Shown here: in pieces, positions 50,563 to 64,000 of the stretch
Layout: each line of letters starts with the position of its first letter
Numbering within the stretch: the first letter of the stretch is position 1
Origin: Acanthaster planci
Taxonomy: Eukaryota
Reading direction: 5' to 3'
DNA length: 64,000 nt
NCBI RefSeq assembly: GCF_001949145.1
Contig: NW_019091357.1
Location: forward strand, 1,514,746-1,578,745
Program-made: the position numbers and the translations under genes
Notes under the pieces: generated by a model
The model's database searches: none
The model's input: only the letters and a program-made list of their open reading frames with translations
What the model was told of the DNA's origin: nothing

Positions 50563-53500
50563 GAATTATGCAGCCTCAACTTCTGAATACAGTCGGAATG
50601 GAACCAGGTTCCCTGGGTAGGGCGGGAGCTTGCAGACTTTTGAAACCAGGCCCAAGAATATGCCGTCTTAAAAACAGCGTACACCCTCTGAGATAGAGAT
50701 AACAAATCAGAGAACTAATGAGATGTATTAACCTATCACGCATCGTCGCGTCTAGCAACTTGAACTCACATTTACCATGGTCTGTCACAATTTATAAGGT
50801 AGGCCTATAGGTTGTTTGACAAATTTAGAAATATTCATTCAAATTGGCATCATGTAAATCATGCTAATATTGAGGAGTCAGAATTTTGGAAATTGCGGAA
50901 GTTAATTCACCCCCTCCTCGGGAGGAAGTAAAACTGAAGAAGGATAACTCCTACATCCAACTACAAAACTACGACTAAAATACTCTCTCTATAAAATTGT
51001 GCGGCTTTTTGCGCCACATTGACCCTCTTTATTCCAATTTTTCCGTTTCACAGCAACAAGTGAAAGTCTTTAGACGGAAGTCTTCCGGTTATTTCATCTA
51101 TACTTCACACGATCATATTCATATTCCCTCTGGTCGGGACCCTTCCACGGGTTCAGAGAAGGTGAATCATTCCGCGCATCGCCGAATTCATATACCAGTA
51201 GGCCTCACACACAACTTCTCAAGCGTTCGTAATTCAACTTTGTGACAGTGTGGCCCATTTTTTCGCCCGTGTCAAAGGCGGTCAGTAGTTGAGAGTTCAA
51301 GGGGTGTTTTTGACCTGAGGATCGGCGGTTTGAAGCCGAGATTTTAGGAAACGGCTGTTTTTTTTCTTACAGTGGCATTTTTGGTGTGCACGTCACAAGT
51401 TATGGACGTCTGGAAATATGGATCTTATTCTACCTTTCGCTTATCATACACTTTAAAAAGCGAATAGATTCCCAAATAACAGCTTCCTTTTTAACACAAT
51501 CGCAATGCAGTATCATTGACGCCGTGTTTTGTTTAGTTTTTTGCAATGAGGATGCTGACATGCAAACGTTTGGTTTCCAACCTGTCAAACTCGATTTTCT
51601 CTCAATATTTTATACCGGACAAGAGAAGCATTCGCCTTTAATAGCAGAGAAGCGTTGACGCTCAGAAGCATTCCTGACCCGAGTCGTGCTCGACTAGCTG
51701 CGATAATTTGGGCAGAGATATTTTCAGGAAATCTGGTTTTCATTGAAGTTTGTTTCCCCAAGGGCCCGTCCATACCCCCATTTAGACCCCCTCCAAAAAA
51801 ATTCTACAAAGCCCTTGCGCTCTGCTGCCCACTTTTGTAGGACATCTTCATTGTCTAGCTATAGTTAAGAAGTTTCAAGACAGCTCAGTTGTAGTTTGTG
51901 GGAATTCTATTAAAATCCCCAACAGAGAACCAGAATGCCTGTAGGCAGCCGCAGGGTCGGGCAACAGTATGCAGTATCAGAGGCATATCAATAAAACTGC
52001 CAACCGCAAGAACCAACTTTAAGTTTATGCCCCAAAATGACCACTCCGGATCCGAATGGATAATTTAGGATTGGGTGAACGGGTCGTTCCGAGCCCTTTA
52101 TGTCAATACAATTTGGGGCCTTTTTAATGCGAAGTTCTGAGCACAATGCCACATGCTTGCTGTAGGGACAGGTCGACGTGGCATCGTCAATCAATTAACG
52201 CCTACAGCCTAAAACAGGACAATGAGAGCAGTAACATGTCCTTGCCCTTATCTATTGTGTTCTGTGGTTGTCACCACTGCACGCTTGGCTGCCGACGCAG
52301 GCGATCCCAGCCCGTTTTGTAAGTGAAGATCTATTCAGATCGAAATGAAATTACTAGATTTGACCAGCTATCACGATCTCCGATCTCGATCAGCTTTCTG
52401 AAAAAAAACACACCTGTCTATCATCTTTGATTTCAACACTCAGCAGCATTAATTGAAACTATAGCAGTCTTCAACCTCATCCAATGCACCATGACCAAGC
52501 ATAGAGATCGGACCCAGATATAAACACCAGTGGAAGAAACCATATGGGAGGTCCTTGATCTACATTGGTTGGCTAAGAAAAAAATCACTGTCTTGTCTCC
52601 TTCACATTTGCCTCCGTGTTTATGGTAGGATCACTGGCATACAATTCGTTGGGAGGCTGGGCGAGATTGAGATGCCAGCCAGCGCTACCCGAAAGCATTG
52701 CATGCCCAATTGCCCTTCGATCGCGGTTTGTCCGACTAGACAAACCACAGTTCGCAGTCCTAAGCAGGTTCCCCGGGCGCTTGAGGTAAATTTTTTATTT
52801 CCTATTGAACTTTGCGTCGGGGTATCAACTCTCTCCACTGAATACCACTCCACGATACTGCAGACCCACTCCCTTTAAGCCCAGGGCATGTAAGGGTCCT
52901 GGTTAATAGATTTAGAAAAGGAAAAAAAATGGTTCATGAACTCTGGGAACAGGAAATGTAGGGTTTGTAAAGTTAGATGATTCGCTAATTCGCGTTCGTG
53001 TTCATTTCCTTCGTTTGGAAAAACCATAGTTTCCTGAATCAGTCAGGCAGTTTGATATTCCCACAGCAACGGAGCGCGTCCGAGGTCATTCGGACGCGCG
53101 TGCAAGATCTGCCCAATCAGCGCGTCCGTGCTGAGATTTCCGCGCGTGCTCAGCTCCCGAATGACTTTTGCTTTTTGAAACACCAAACTGGCTGATTTAG
53201 GTGGGTTAGTCCTTAATTTACAAGGGCGCACACCATAACAATTCGGCAGTGCGGTCCACAAGTGAACAAACAAGCAGGACACCATTTAAAGACAGACTGA
53301 ACACAGCTTCCAACCAATTTCAAAGCTGTTTAACCTATTTGGCATTATTCCGTAATAAATCCTTTCCAGTAACAAATACGACCAGTGAAGTTTGTGCTGA
53401 CAGAATTACGCTTAAGTTAAGCCGTAGAGCCACAAGCCATTGCGAGCGATATACTGCACGTCTACTCCACGGGACGATATCCATGTCAATTTGGGCAATT

Positions 53501-56500
53501 TTCACGCTCGGTAATACCGTGGCAATACACCACCTGTTGTGAGGATAGACCGAAGGTCAGCGTCTAGACGTACCGTTGCCTTTCTGCGCCGGCTGGTAGG
53601 GAGGGGGAGGGAGTTACCCCTCTCGTGCTACGAGGGCTATCGGCGCGGTAGGTCAAGCAACCGTACTGCGGCCACCAGGGGAGCCTGTCGCCGCGATGTC
53701 TGGGCCCCAGTGCTCGGCATGGCCTAGGCAAACAGGCCCGCGCTGTCGGAAGGTGCGAAAAGTGGCACAGAAGACGCAATGTAACTGCGGGAATGCGCGG
53801 TCTGTGATTCGATTAGGCCGCAGACTGACAGCCACCAAGGCCGGACACCATGTTCCGAGGTCGATCGTGCGAGGATACGAAAAGGAATTCCTGTATAAAA
53901 TGCGATGCCGTGAAACGAGGATACCAACCCTACGGTCCATACCAATGAGGTCTGAGCTGGACCAAAACAGGGTGCAACAATGGAGGCTCCTTTGGTCGGA
54001 ACTGAACTCTGCTGGCTCACGAACGACTGAGAAATGCACGCCTCACGGTCGCATCGCTACCAACCAAAACCACACTCCCAACCAACTGTGAGTGACGCTT
54101 TTCAACCGGTGAGGGGGTGCTCCTGCTCACGACGGATAGCACATCAAAGCAAAGATTCTGTCCAGCAGGTCCTTCCCATACTTGAAGCCACAAAGCCCCA
54201 TGCCAGTGATCGTTGCGACATCTCATCAGACGCTTTGCCTAGTCCCACTATAGGGAGCTAGTAGTACACATAGCTCCATGGTCCACCCACCACCGATATC
54301 CAGGTGGAATTGTATGGTAACCTACTTAACCATGTAGTGATTGCATCTTAACCCTACTACAGACGGGTAGGTGATGATGACGCATGTCGTTCCCGCACAC
54401 ATTCACTCTTCCTACCCCCCCACTATAATGTCCTTTTGCCGCAGCACGTTGCGAACGTTGTACAAACGCCAATCTATCCGAATTCGTATGCTAAGAATGC
54501 ATGGACTGACCTCCATGGTCTGATGTACATGTACTGTGAATAATATCAAGCTTTTTTTTCATTATAATTTGTCGATTACAGTTTCATCGAGAACAGCAGA
54601 GACTGGGACTGTAGCCTGGGAAGATACGACACTTTGAGATATATTAATGCGAGCATTGAAATGCATTGTTTTAATCACATGTCCCAATGGTTACAGTTAT
54701 GTATCCATGTTATGAAAGCAAAGCTGCTGTTTCCTTTCCAACTCTTGGTATGTTTCTGTTTCTGCCATTTGTGGTTTCCTAGAATGTCCAGTATCCTGCC
54801 AAGGGGAAGTGGTAGACAGGTGATCCAAGGTCGGTCCAATGTTTGGTATGGCCTATTTTCTTTGATGAAGGAGTGTTCCTTGTTATTCTTAACTTCATTT
54901 CGTTTGCTTTGCGGAGTCGCATTATGGATGCATGAGATATTCTGTCTAGTGTGCAACGCTGCACAATGATATTACTGCATAGTTGACTTCATTAAAGGAA
55001 GCTCGACGTTCCCGCAATGGTTTCCTGTCTGCTAAGCACATTACATTCCTCAAGTTCTAAATGTTGAATGTTAATGATAAGGGCTTTCGTCATGACTCTC
55101 TCTAAAATTGGCGCTTTGTGTTAGAGCTGCAAGGTAGAACTTTCTGCATAAGTCGTTGGTTACAAGTCGTTGGCTATTCGTTATAGGCACTTTCTACACG
55201 TTCCATTCATCCTACAGAGGTATTATATGACCTTACTGTTTACACGCAAGCTATATCTTACAAGAAGCTATTTAAAAACTTGACTTTTTTGTCAGGCCAT
55301 TACTGTATCTGAAATACATTTCGGAGTATTAACGTAGGATTTAAGGTCTATTGGGGTTTGTGGTACCGTTCTAGGAATGGTAGGCCCTACCATTGAATCC
55401 ACTGACGCTGTAGGGGTGGTATTAATAAAAAAAAAAGTGCGCCCCATTGAGCGGGGCCGACATGTCCCGTTATTACTAGCCAAGCTTCCTCGATCTTATC
55501 TGCTCGTCGCAGCCGGTCGACAAGAGCGATCAGACTCTTATCTGGGCCGCATCGAGGGCCGTCCAGTTCTTGGAAGGAAGCCGGAAACGCGCGGGGAAAC
55601 CACGGAACAATCAGACCCATTTTTAGTTTCGTTTCGTTTTTTTAGTGTTTATCGGTGAAATTGACAGGGTCGCTCCGGGGAGGCGTAAATTATCTGGTAA
55701 GAGATTTTGTCTGGGCAGATCAAACCTTGCTCAGCACAAGGCCCCATTCATATTATTCGCTTGTCATCGGCCAAAGGGGACACGCTTGATGTTGTCAGAA
55801 TGACAGATTGCATACAGCAAAGATGATAGATTGATGTCTTTTTATAACTTTCACTCTGTGAAAGTCATAATTCATTTTTCTTTTCAAATTGGGCAAGATG
55901 CAAGTACACACCAAAAGTCCTTTTACTTATGCCATATAGTACACATGCACCCTTACACTTACAGACCCACGAACGTCAGGAGAGGATCGGCTCAACGACA
56001 ACAGGAAGTACCTGTACATGGGAGGGTTGCCAAGGGGTGTCGGGAGGGTTTATGCAACACGTTGGATCTGACATTGTGATACTTCAAGAGGTCATAGGTT
56101 CGGGGTGTCGCACGCACTAAGTGCATACCAACGACCACGCTGTATCCGCTGATAAGACGGTTCCAGCATTCACACGAAGCCAAAATTCCTCCTCCCCCCC
56201 TTCTACTTTTGCTTTCTGTTGTGTTTGCAAACTAAACGGCAGAGTTCAAAACCAACCTTGAAATGCCATGTCAGGTTCGGATCTGTGTGTCAAGTACAGT
56301 TCGGAACTGCCCTGGAACCTACTGTGGCTCATAGAATGGGTGGTGATGGGTGAAAAGATTCTTCAGAAAGATGCTGAGAAGTCATTGTCCAAAATTATGA
56401 ATGGCTAGGCTATTTGAGATTTTACTGCGTCTCCCGAATTCCAGAATTCTAAGTCCCGAAGTCCTGAATTCTAACACGTGTGGTTTACATAGAGGCTTCA

Positions 56501-59500
56501 ATCGTTCGTTCGATTCGCCGCTCTTCCTTCTCAAAATCTGCGAGGTAAAAAAATCCCTGAAATAACATTACTACCATCGTGTTTTATTATCCTTCGCTGG
56601 TAGTCCACGTACATGTAGATGTACTCAGTTTTGCTCTCCGCCGTCTACAATGATAGGAAATGCCAAGGTGTGAATTGGTCTGGCCGGTTTGATGTTTGTG
56701 GTTTACGGTTACTGTGGTTCGTATACAGTACCAATCGAGTTTGAATTATTTCCGCCTGTAGTAAAAGAAATAAACTCATTACGGTACGATTAACACAACG
56801 TCCAAATAATCTTGACATGTAAATAAAGCCGTCATCGAACACCATTATGAGAAGCAATTAATATATTAGCAAATATTACTAAATGGTTTATTTATTCTTA
56901 TTTATTAATAGCTTATACACTGCGACTAAAATCCGTTGACCGATATACAAGTGAACTTCTGAACCGAAGGTAGATGTTGTTGTTTAGTCTGGTATACGGG
57001 AGACCCAATTAATATCAAGGCACAAAGACTTGCCCAATTTTGGCCACGGGATGGGAGAGAGCGGTATCCCATAGCTTACATCCCACCCCAACAAAGAAAA
57101 CCACAATCGTCTTTGTTCTGTGCAACATTGCACAAGCGAGGTACAAGGAAAACAGCCGGAACTACATTCGCTGAACATCTTTGACTTCCTCCAGTCTTTG
57201 ACGCCGTGTTTAAAGGAGGGGCCTTACGTTGGAGGTTAGATTCAAACAAAGTGTGACCCCGGGGGTCAGCTTCGGAGATTTGGCAACCGGGGCAACCACC
57301 ACGCGCCCCACGTTCACTCCGAGGCACTGTCATGACCAAATAAGGCTACGGCACACGCCGGCAATGCGTCGCTCCGTCGTTTGGACTTGATTTGTCTCAA
57401 ATTTGACACCTTAGGCGACGTCTTTGTTCACGGTGCGATGCTGCAGGCCTACGCACCTCTCGTCTTTGTTTCGTTGATGTCTTTTTGGTGCCATCGTCTG
57501 GGCAAATCATGGGATTGATTGACCACGACAAGTTGTACACACGGGATTTGTAATAATTATCGGATCTGCCCTTCGGAATCGAAAGTACCCACATACAAAA
57601 TTAAATTTGTAAAAGAGACGTTCACTTAATTACATGCTGCCAGTACATAACGTTCATCCAAATGGTAGCTATTTTCATCACCATTTTGACTCTTGCTCAA
57701 GTCAAACCGATACCTCCCCTGGGTTTGAGGAGTTTCTCAGATTTTCACCAAATTTCCCTTCTGAGTGAATGTTTATTAGGGGAATTAAAATATTGGTAAA
57801 TTCTCTTTGGCTATGAGTTGCAAAGCAACAAAATACCACTGTCTTTTTAGACATTAGGATTTAAAAACACTTGACAACCTATAAGCCATGGATTGTACGT
57901 CGGCCACTTTCAAAAAAGGGGATGATAACACGAACACCTCATTTCGACAACGGACAATTAACATATTATTACAGTACATGTGTACCGTATATCTATGTGT
58001 CCTACTGGTCTAAGATGTGCATGGAATTTCAGCATAGGAAAACTGTGGGAATACATTAGCTATGAACTTGTAACATACATGCTAAGCATCAGTTCTCTCT
58101 TGGTGGTCTCTGGGTGGAATGAGCCGCGACCGTACGGGCGGAGGGCGAGTGCCCACAGAGACAGAGACAGAATCAAATCCAACTTTTTTCCTGACCCAAA
58201 CAAATTGAGATTTTTTGGGGGGTGGAGGCATATTATGGCCTTTATGGGGGTGAGGCTAAATCCCGTAGCTCTTTGCATGCGTTGGGAAAGGAAGGGAAAA
58301 TAAATAATTCCCTAATCACCCTTTTTGTTCAGTGCCCTTTCCCCCTTCTTCACGGCTTGAGCATGGCCCCCGTGCATCGTCCCTCTCATCAATGTACAGA
58401 AAAAGGACAGGCCAAAGATCTCCGCCAACCCATTACGTCATCAGGTGCATTCACTTCCCTGGACTGGAGGATGCGGGGCCGGCCATACACTCGGTGCTTA
58501 GTTGGTCAATGCAAGCTCTGTTCATAAAAGAGGCTCTGTTATATCTCAGCATGATTGAGGTATAGAAACCTTCATGATCTCATGAAGTTTACTGTACATG
58601 TATACAATACCTGGTTGAGAGTTCAGTTGCAGTTGTCGATTTGGCATTTGGCTCAAACCATGGAGGTACTTCCATGCTCAAACTGATCATGGAGGTGAAC
58701 CGATCAAAGTGATTGAACGCGAATCAGCTAACTGACTTGAAGCCCGGCCTTCCAACTCTAAATTTCACCTGGAAAGCTTTTGCGATCTTGTATTGACTGG
58801 AGACTTTCTGCAGTAACTTGGATAAGTCTGCCTCTTTAAAGTTGCAAAATTCTTAGACAGCCTCCCGCCGACGCAGACATCATACACTGGGATGATATTC
58901 CATAACATAGCTTCTCGTCCAGACCCAGAGCATCCGCGCATGCACTGCCCATTAAAACTCATCTGTGAGCCCAACACAGAGAATGGTGTGGATTTCAAGC
59001 TAGATGTAAAGTAATAGGTCTTGGTTGGATGCCGATTGTAAATTAGCAAGAAAAGCGTAAACGTATTATAACACCATGGAAAGTCGTGAGATCCCTTTAT
59101 GCCAATATCAAAGCCCCAGTAAAAATCCTCGACTTTCTTTGTTTTTACAACACTAGTGTTCCTTTAAGTTTTAGGTTTCACCAGAAAATGCCAATAAACC
59201 TTTTTGTGCCCGGAACTTTCTCTTTCGTTTCCATCAAGCCGGTTCCCGCTAAGCCAGTTGACTCCTTATGCCAAAGGTCACGACCTGTGCATCCTTTGCA
59301 TACCATATGTCTGGAACTTCCAGGTACTTCGAAAATTTGTGCATGCCATTTTGGGACCTGTAAGACTATAAATGGAACGAAATGGAGGTTTTGCTGTTTT
59401 TGCTCACGGTTTGGATTTTGAATGAATGCCGAAGTCTTGACCTTTGTTACCGCAAAGACAAACCCCCAAAATGCTCGGGAGGGTTTGGCGGCTGGGAAAA

Positions 59501-62500
59501 TAAATGAGTGTGGAAAATGGTTCAAATTCCGCTGTGTTGGTGGTGGAGTTCTTTGAACTTGGAGGTGTGGCGTTGGTGCTCAGGAGGTTAACCCAAAAAC
59601 TTATCCATTACTACGAGAGAGGAAATTGAAAACTACCAATCTGTGTGAAGGTCACCTTCCCTATGAGTTCACCGAGCACGTTTCTCCCTTGTAGGACGAC
59701 GCAAGGGACTGTGGGAAGTTTCACAGAGCGTCTTGAAAGAGATAGTTATCTGACGCCGGTAGATACGGCCAGATATGCCAAGCAGAAGAAATGAAAGCAA
59801 AATCATGAGCCCCACGAGATGAATAACGTTGAATAGAAGTGTCCAAAAGGCAAATGCGAAATCACTTAACCGCTAATGGGTTCAACAAAACCACACAGGC
59901 CTGCAAAAGCAGTAGTAACATTCTGGTCACTCCATCAACCGCGCCCCAAAATCCCTCTGCGTCGTTGCGGAGATCAAAATGGGCCGACAAGTGACGGGAC
60001 CCTTTCCGTTGAACTCATGACCTCCAACGTCCCAGCGGATTGTTGGGTGGAGTGCTAATGCAGGCTGCAGTCTCTTTCTGGATTCATGCATCATGGAATG
60101 GTAAAGACTTCTGCCCGGTGACCAGTTATAATCAAGAGTTGAGACCTCTTAATTTATCGCCGCTAAGAAGTCTTTTCAAGGGATATTTCCATTAACCTCT
60201 GGAGATGTATGAGGCGAAACGAAATCGGTGGAGAATATTTCACAGGATTGAAGAACCACCCGACAAGGCCATCATCACCACAACTCACGCTTCGCTACCA
60301 AAAAAAAATCACTTTCGAAGGACCAGTCTTCTTCGCGCTGCGGGATGCCGGACGGTTGGTAGATTTTGGATCGAGAAGCTTGCTCTTTTACCGTGTCAGA
60401 GAAGGGTTAAAAACAGGGGCAAATGAATGCTCCAGCGCCTCAAGACAGAAATGAAAATCAAATACAAAGCCTTGGCCATTAGTAGGTCACCCATGTTGCT
60501 AGCTGCGATACCGCAGAGGTGTGCCGAATTTCCCGCATTTTGGATCATGCAGACGCCTCCTACCCCACCAACACGACCATAAAGCCGCCTGACAAACTGG
60601 GACATGATGTGACTAAGTCCGAAATTTGACGTACGGTTTGGACACAGTTATTCCACGATTATAAGGAGTGGTAGCCAAAGTTTGAGACTAGATCTTTTAC
60701 CCCAAGTAAATCTTGCCCAGGCAATCAGACACACAAGGCATCATCTTGTGTGGACACTGGATATCCGAAGGTCCGAGTAGAGTGTCACGGTCTGCACTTC
60801 CTCTCGCTCTTCAAAATGAAGGACCACCTTGTCTTCTAGTTATATCTGAACCACTTAGAGCTGCGGACACCTGCCGACGGAATTGTTCATAGACAGGAAG
60901 TTTTTCACAGACGGATTAGGTCAATGATTATGCTGAATTAGTTGCAGTCCTGGTCTTAGATAAACGACCGGAAAGCAAAGGCTAATGACATGCATTACTG
61001 AGGACCAAACAAGTACAGGACTGTATGCTTTGTGAGATTCTGAATGCTTTCTTTAGGTATAAAACAGGACTTTGCTGGCTTGGGTACAAACAACTTTCCA
61101 AGAGGGTCTTCCATTTTTTATTAAAAAAAATCTGACGTGTAATGGCGACTTCCTGTCTTCTCGTATAAGCTTCACCGTGATCACAAAAAATCATGACGGA
61201 TGTTTGTGCAGTGACATCATGATCACATTGTTCTGACGAGTGATTCCAAATACCAGCTAGACCTGGTCACATGAGAGGTGTTGACAATCTCCATGCATCT
61301 AAAGGTGGCAAAGTCATTTTGGGGAATCCCTCTTCCGTTCAGATCAGGAAAATAAAACAGATGAGAATGGAAATGAAGAAAAGAGTTGTTACTAAGGATT
61401 ATCCTTGTATTTTCGAATACGGGTGATCCTGATGGCAAGATAAGTCGGATGACCGATGTCTCGAAGGACAGTGAAGCCTTCTGAAGGTTAAGACAGGGAG
61501 AGAAGACATGTGGAATTAGATCACGTACTGGTACCACACACAGACCGTCTCTTTGGTTGATCTGTCAACTTGCGTCCTCAGTCATTCATGTTACACCTTA
61601 CACTGCACGGAAACTTATTCAAAGTGAAGCTGACAATATGACCAAAGTAATGTATCGCTCTTAACTATGCAGGAAAACTGTACATGAGCAGTTTTTAAAA
61701 AAATGTCTTGGGGAAGAGGGCGCTATTACCGGTTTGCGGACTGGAATGTATTCCGAGCCTCGCTCTTACAGCCCCAAACCTGAAATTAGAAGAAGACCTC
61801 AGGTCGGAAATACATTTGGCCAGACCTAAGGGTGTGCCATTCATGCTGCTGAAGTCGTTGATGAAGTGAAAGCATCGGAAGAAACGGCGGATGGCTAAAG
61901 GTTTTGAATGATTGTGGTTGTAAATTGAGATGCATTGCTGTTCCCCACCGTTTTTTCCCCTTGTGAGGATTCATGTAGGTAGTCGAACACCACTCTCGCC
62001 AATCTACGACTGCACAAGCTTCATTATGTTAGGCTGTAGAATTCGCCCACCGTTTTCCCCTTCCATCACCAGGGCGTCATTAGTCCACCCACCTGTTAAA
62101 ACAGCCACATTAGTTCAGGTGCCGCGCCGCCGCTTCAATTCTCCGTCCTTGGGCAATGTTTAGACACTTGATATACTGCCCTGAACGTGACGGGGGGAGG
62201 GTGTAGGGTTGGCTGGAGGGAGTACAAGGCATGTTATTTCGGTTAATTGGCTCAATAGAATGTTCGGTGTCAGGTAGCGCTACACTGAGGCTTACCTTGT
62301 CGTTAGCTGAAGGGTTTGTCAAGGACGAGCCGCCGCAGTGGTGTGATGTACGTGTGGGAAATAAAGTCGAAGGACATGTCCAAGATCTTGACAAAATTTA
62401 TCCCCTCCAAAATGAACTACATATGTACATGTTCCTGGAAGTTTTATCATCAATTTAACATCGGCTAAGGCAATATTTGTTATCTATTTTATGTCCATGT

Positions 62501-63169
62501 TATACAGATTCAAGGGTAAGGCTACGTCAGGCCTTATGTAAGCTGTTGAAGCAGCCCTATCGCATAGACTTCGTTGTTCATACATAACTCTCGGAGAGGG
62601 ACCAGGGAAACAAATATTACAGTAGACTAATTTTTGAAGAGATGCGGTGCCGCCGCACTCACGCGCGCGTGCATTTTGCAAGTCTCAGCATCCTATTGGT
62701 CAAAGAGGCATGTGAAGCGCGCGGATATTACCTGTCGACGAGTGTTATACCACCGCAATTATGGCCTCTAAGCTCCCAACTGAATTAGATTGTATAAAAT
62801 CATGTGGATATGCATAATCCAGACAAGAGCTAGGAGTCCACTCTTGCTGAAAAAGATCTATAATAGACCACCATCTATCTCGTATTTTTGTTCGGATGGG
62901 TCCATCCATGGTGGTTCAACCGAGCGTCGTCGGTGGATATGGGCGAAACATCATCATGTCTATTGATAAAATGGGCAGTGTGGAAAGTGGCTTTGACGTT
63001 TTCAAGAACCGACAGAAAGCCATTACAGGTTCATCTTTTTGACTCACGAGTGATGTTACACGGGGACTCCTCGTCTAAAGCTATGAACTGAACCTTTCAC
63101 AGTTACAGATGGACATTGATGAGGCCATAATGGGGCAGAGCTGAGGTGTGCTGCTGCCTTGTGCTAGGG

Positions 63170-63275
63170 AAGAAACCCGTAAACGCCAAGTAAGGATGGT
63201 CATAAGAGAACTTAAACAAGACCACCTTGACATAGCGGGCATTCGCTTGTTGCTACGATAGGGGGATACCGAAGC
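63170..63275 (+). mobile_element. Possible decayed LINE (RTE-like) endonuclease fragment
   Basis: EETRKRQVRMVIRELKQDHLDIAGI resembles the N-terminal APE motif (RELxRYxIDIAxxSE) and is bounded by stops. Weak. Confidence 0.25.
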
Positions 63276-63442
63276 GGCAATAGATAAGCCAATGCTGAGC
63301 AAGACGAGTGATGGACAAGACATCACAAATGGGGAGATGTAAATTAATAATTTTTGGATTTTGCCCAGCCCGACGTGTATTTTTTAACACTGTATGCTCA
63401 GTGTATGCCACCGCGGGCTTATGAAAAAAAAACCGACAAGCG

Positions 63443-63515
63443 TACTCGGGTGGGACTCGAACCCACGACCTCCTGCTTACTAGTGCAGACGTCTTAACCA
63501 CTTGACCACTGAGCT
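63443..63515 (-). pseudogene. tRNA-Thr(AGT)-like sequence (pseudo-tRNA / repeat-borne)
   Basis: AGCTCAGTGGTCAAGTGGTTAAGACGTCTGCACTAGTAAGCAGGAGGTCGTGGGTTCGAGTCCCACCCGAGTA. It has an A box, a B box (GGTTCGAGTCC), a D stem and a T stem, but an 8-nt anticodon loop (ACTAGTAA) and a weak acceptor stem. Confidence 0.7.
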
Positions 63516-63631
63516 CGACGGTGTCGTTTTATTTTTTATTTGTTTATTTTTTGTGTTCTGCAATTCACACTGATTCTCGCAGCTGACTGCGTTCTTCATC
63601 GGCGCACGAGCCGAGTGATCCAACGCCGGCA

Positions 63632-63704
63632 AGCTCGGTGGTCGAGTGGTTAAGACGTCTGCACTAGTAAGCAAGAGGTCTTGGGTTCGAGTCCCACCCG
63701 AGTA
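63632..63704 (+). pseudogene. tRNA-Thr(AGT)-like sequence (pseudo-tRNA / repeat-borne), inverted partner
   Basis: AGCTCGGTGGTCGAGTGGTTAAGACGTCTGCACTAGTAAGCAAGAGGTCTTGGGTTCGAGTCCCACCCGAGTA, with 4 differences from the minus copy and followed by TTTTT about 10 nt later. Confidence 0.7.
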
Positions 63705-64000
63705 CGCTTGTGGTTTTTCCACGAGCCTTCAGGGACATAGCATACAATGTTAAAATACAAGTCGGGCAGGGCGGAAAAAATCCCAAATTAATCGTCAAGT
63801 CAGTAAAGAGGAGTGGTGCTTGTTAAAATCAGTTCTGACTTGTTTGGTTACCAACCAAGCCACTGAAACAGAAAATATGGAGGCAGTGCTATTGAGATAA
63901 ATGAGAGATTCCCCGTCCGATTCTTACCCCTGTGGTCATTCACACGGTGGTTTGCGTGAGGCAAGGATTTCATGACCAGTGATTCCATGACCCAATTACG

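Larger units (their letters stand above)
63342..63792. mobile_element. Foldback element with tRNA-derived inverted arms
   Basis: Homology between the arms extends about 90 nt beyond each tRNA-like unit (GCATACA.TGTTAAAA...TACA.GTCGGGC.GGGC...AAAATCC.AAA..ATTAAT) and about 12 nt upstream of it. The spacer is about 95 nt. Confidence 0.75.

Noticed and set aside
53670..53685. CCACCAGGGGAGC as a strong CTCF site
   Set aside because: It is one G short of the consensus spacing and is an isolated match.
33000..63000. TCF (WWCAAAG) and Su(H) (GTGGGAA) sites as evidence of Wnt or Notch control of Myc
   Set aside because: Several are present, but 7-mers are expected at about this density in 30 kb and I cannot show enrichment or clustering.
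1..64000. Frequent TACATGTA(C) octamers and the many remaining short ORFs in the track
   Set aside because: The octamer is scattered with no spacing pattern and looks like a genome-wide compositional feature. The leftover ORFs lack recognisable domains or consistent splice chains.

Overview
Eukaryotic, intron-rich animal DNA, probably an invertebrate deuterostome such as an echinoderm (inferred from the Myc sequence and repeat types, not proven). The left half holds four spliced genes assembled by hand from GT-AG junctions with matching phases. These are: an unrecognised secreted, polybasic pre-pro-protein (+, 841-2106); a classical short-chain dehydrogenase/reductase (-, 9 exons, 3890-6735); tRNA dimethylallyltransferase TRIT1 (-, 9 exons, 8132-14680); and Myc (-, 2 coding exons, 26504-31272). 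The Myc-TRIT1 tandem matches the human MYCL-TRIT1 arrangement. From about 32.8 kb to the end there is no supportable gene, only small transposon relics. The most unusual non-coding items are an inverted pair of minimal hammerhead-ribozyme motifs in a TSD-flanked insertion (2852-3077) and a foldback element with two outward-facing tRNA-Thr(AGT)-like units (about 63342-63792). No CRISPR, rRNA or prokaryotic features were seen.
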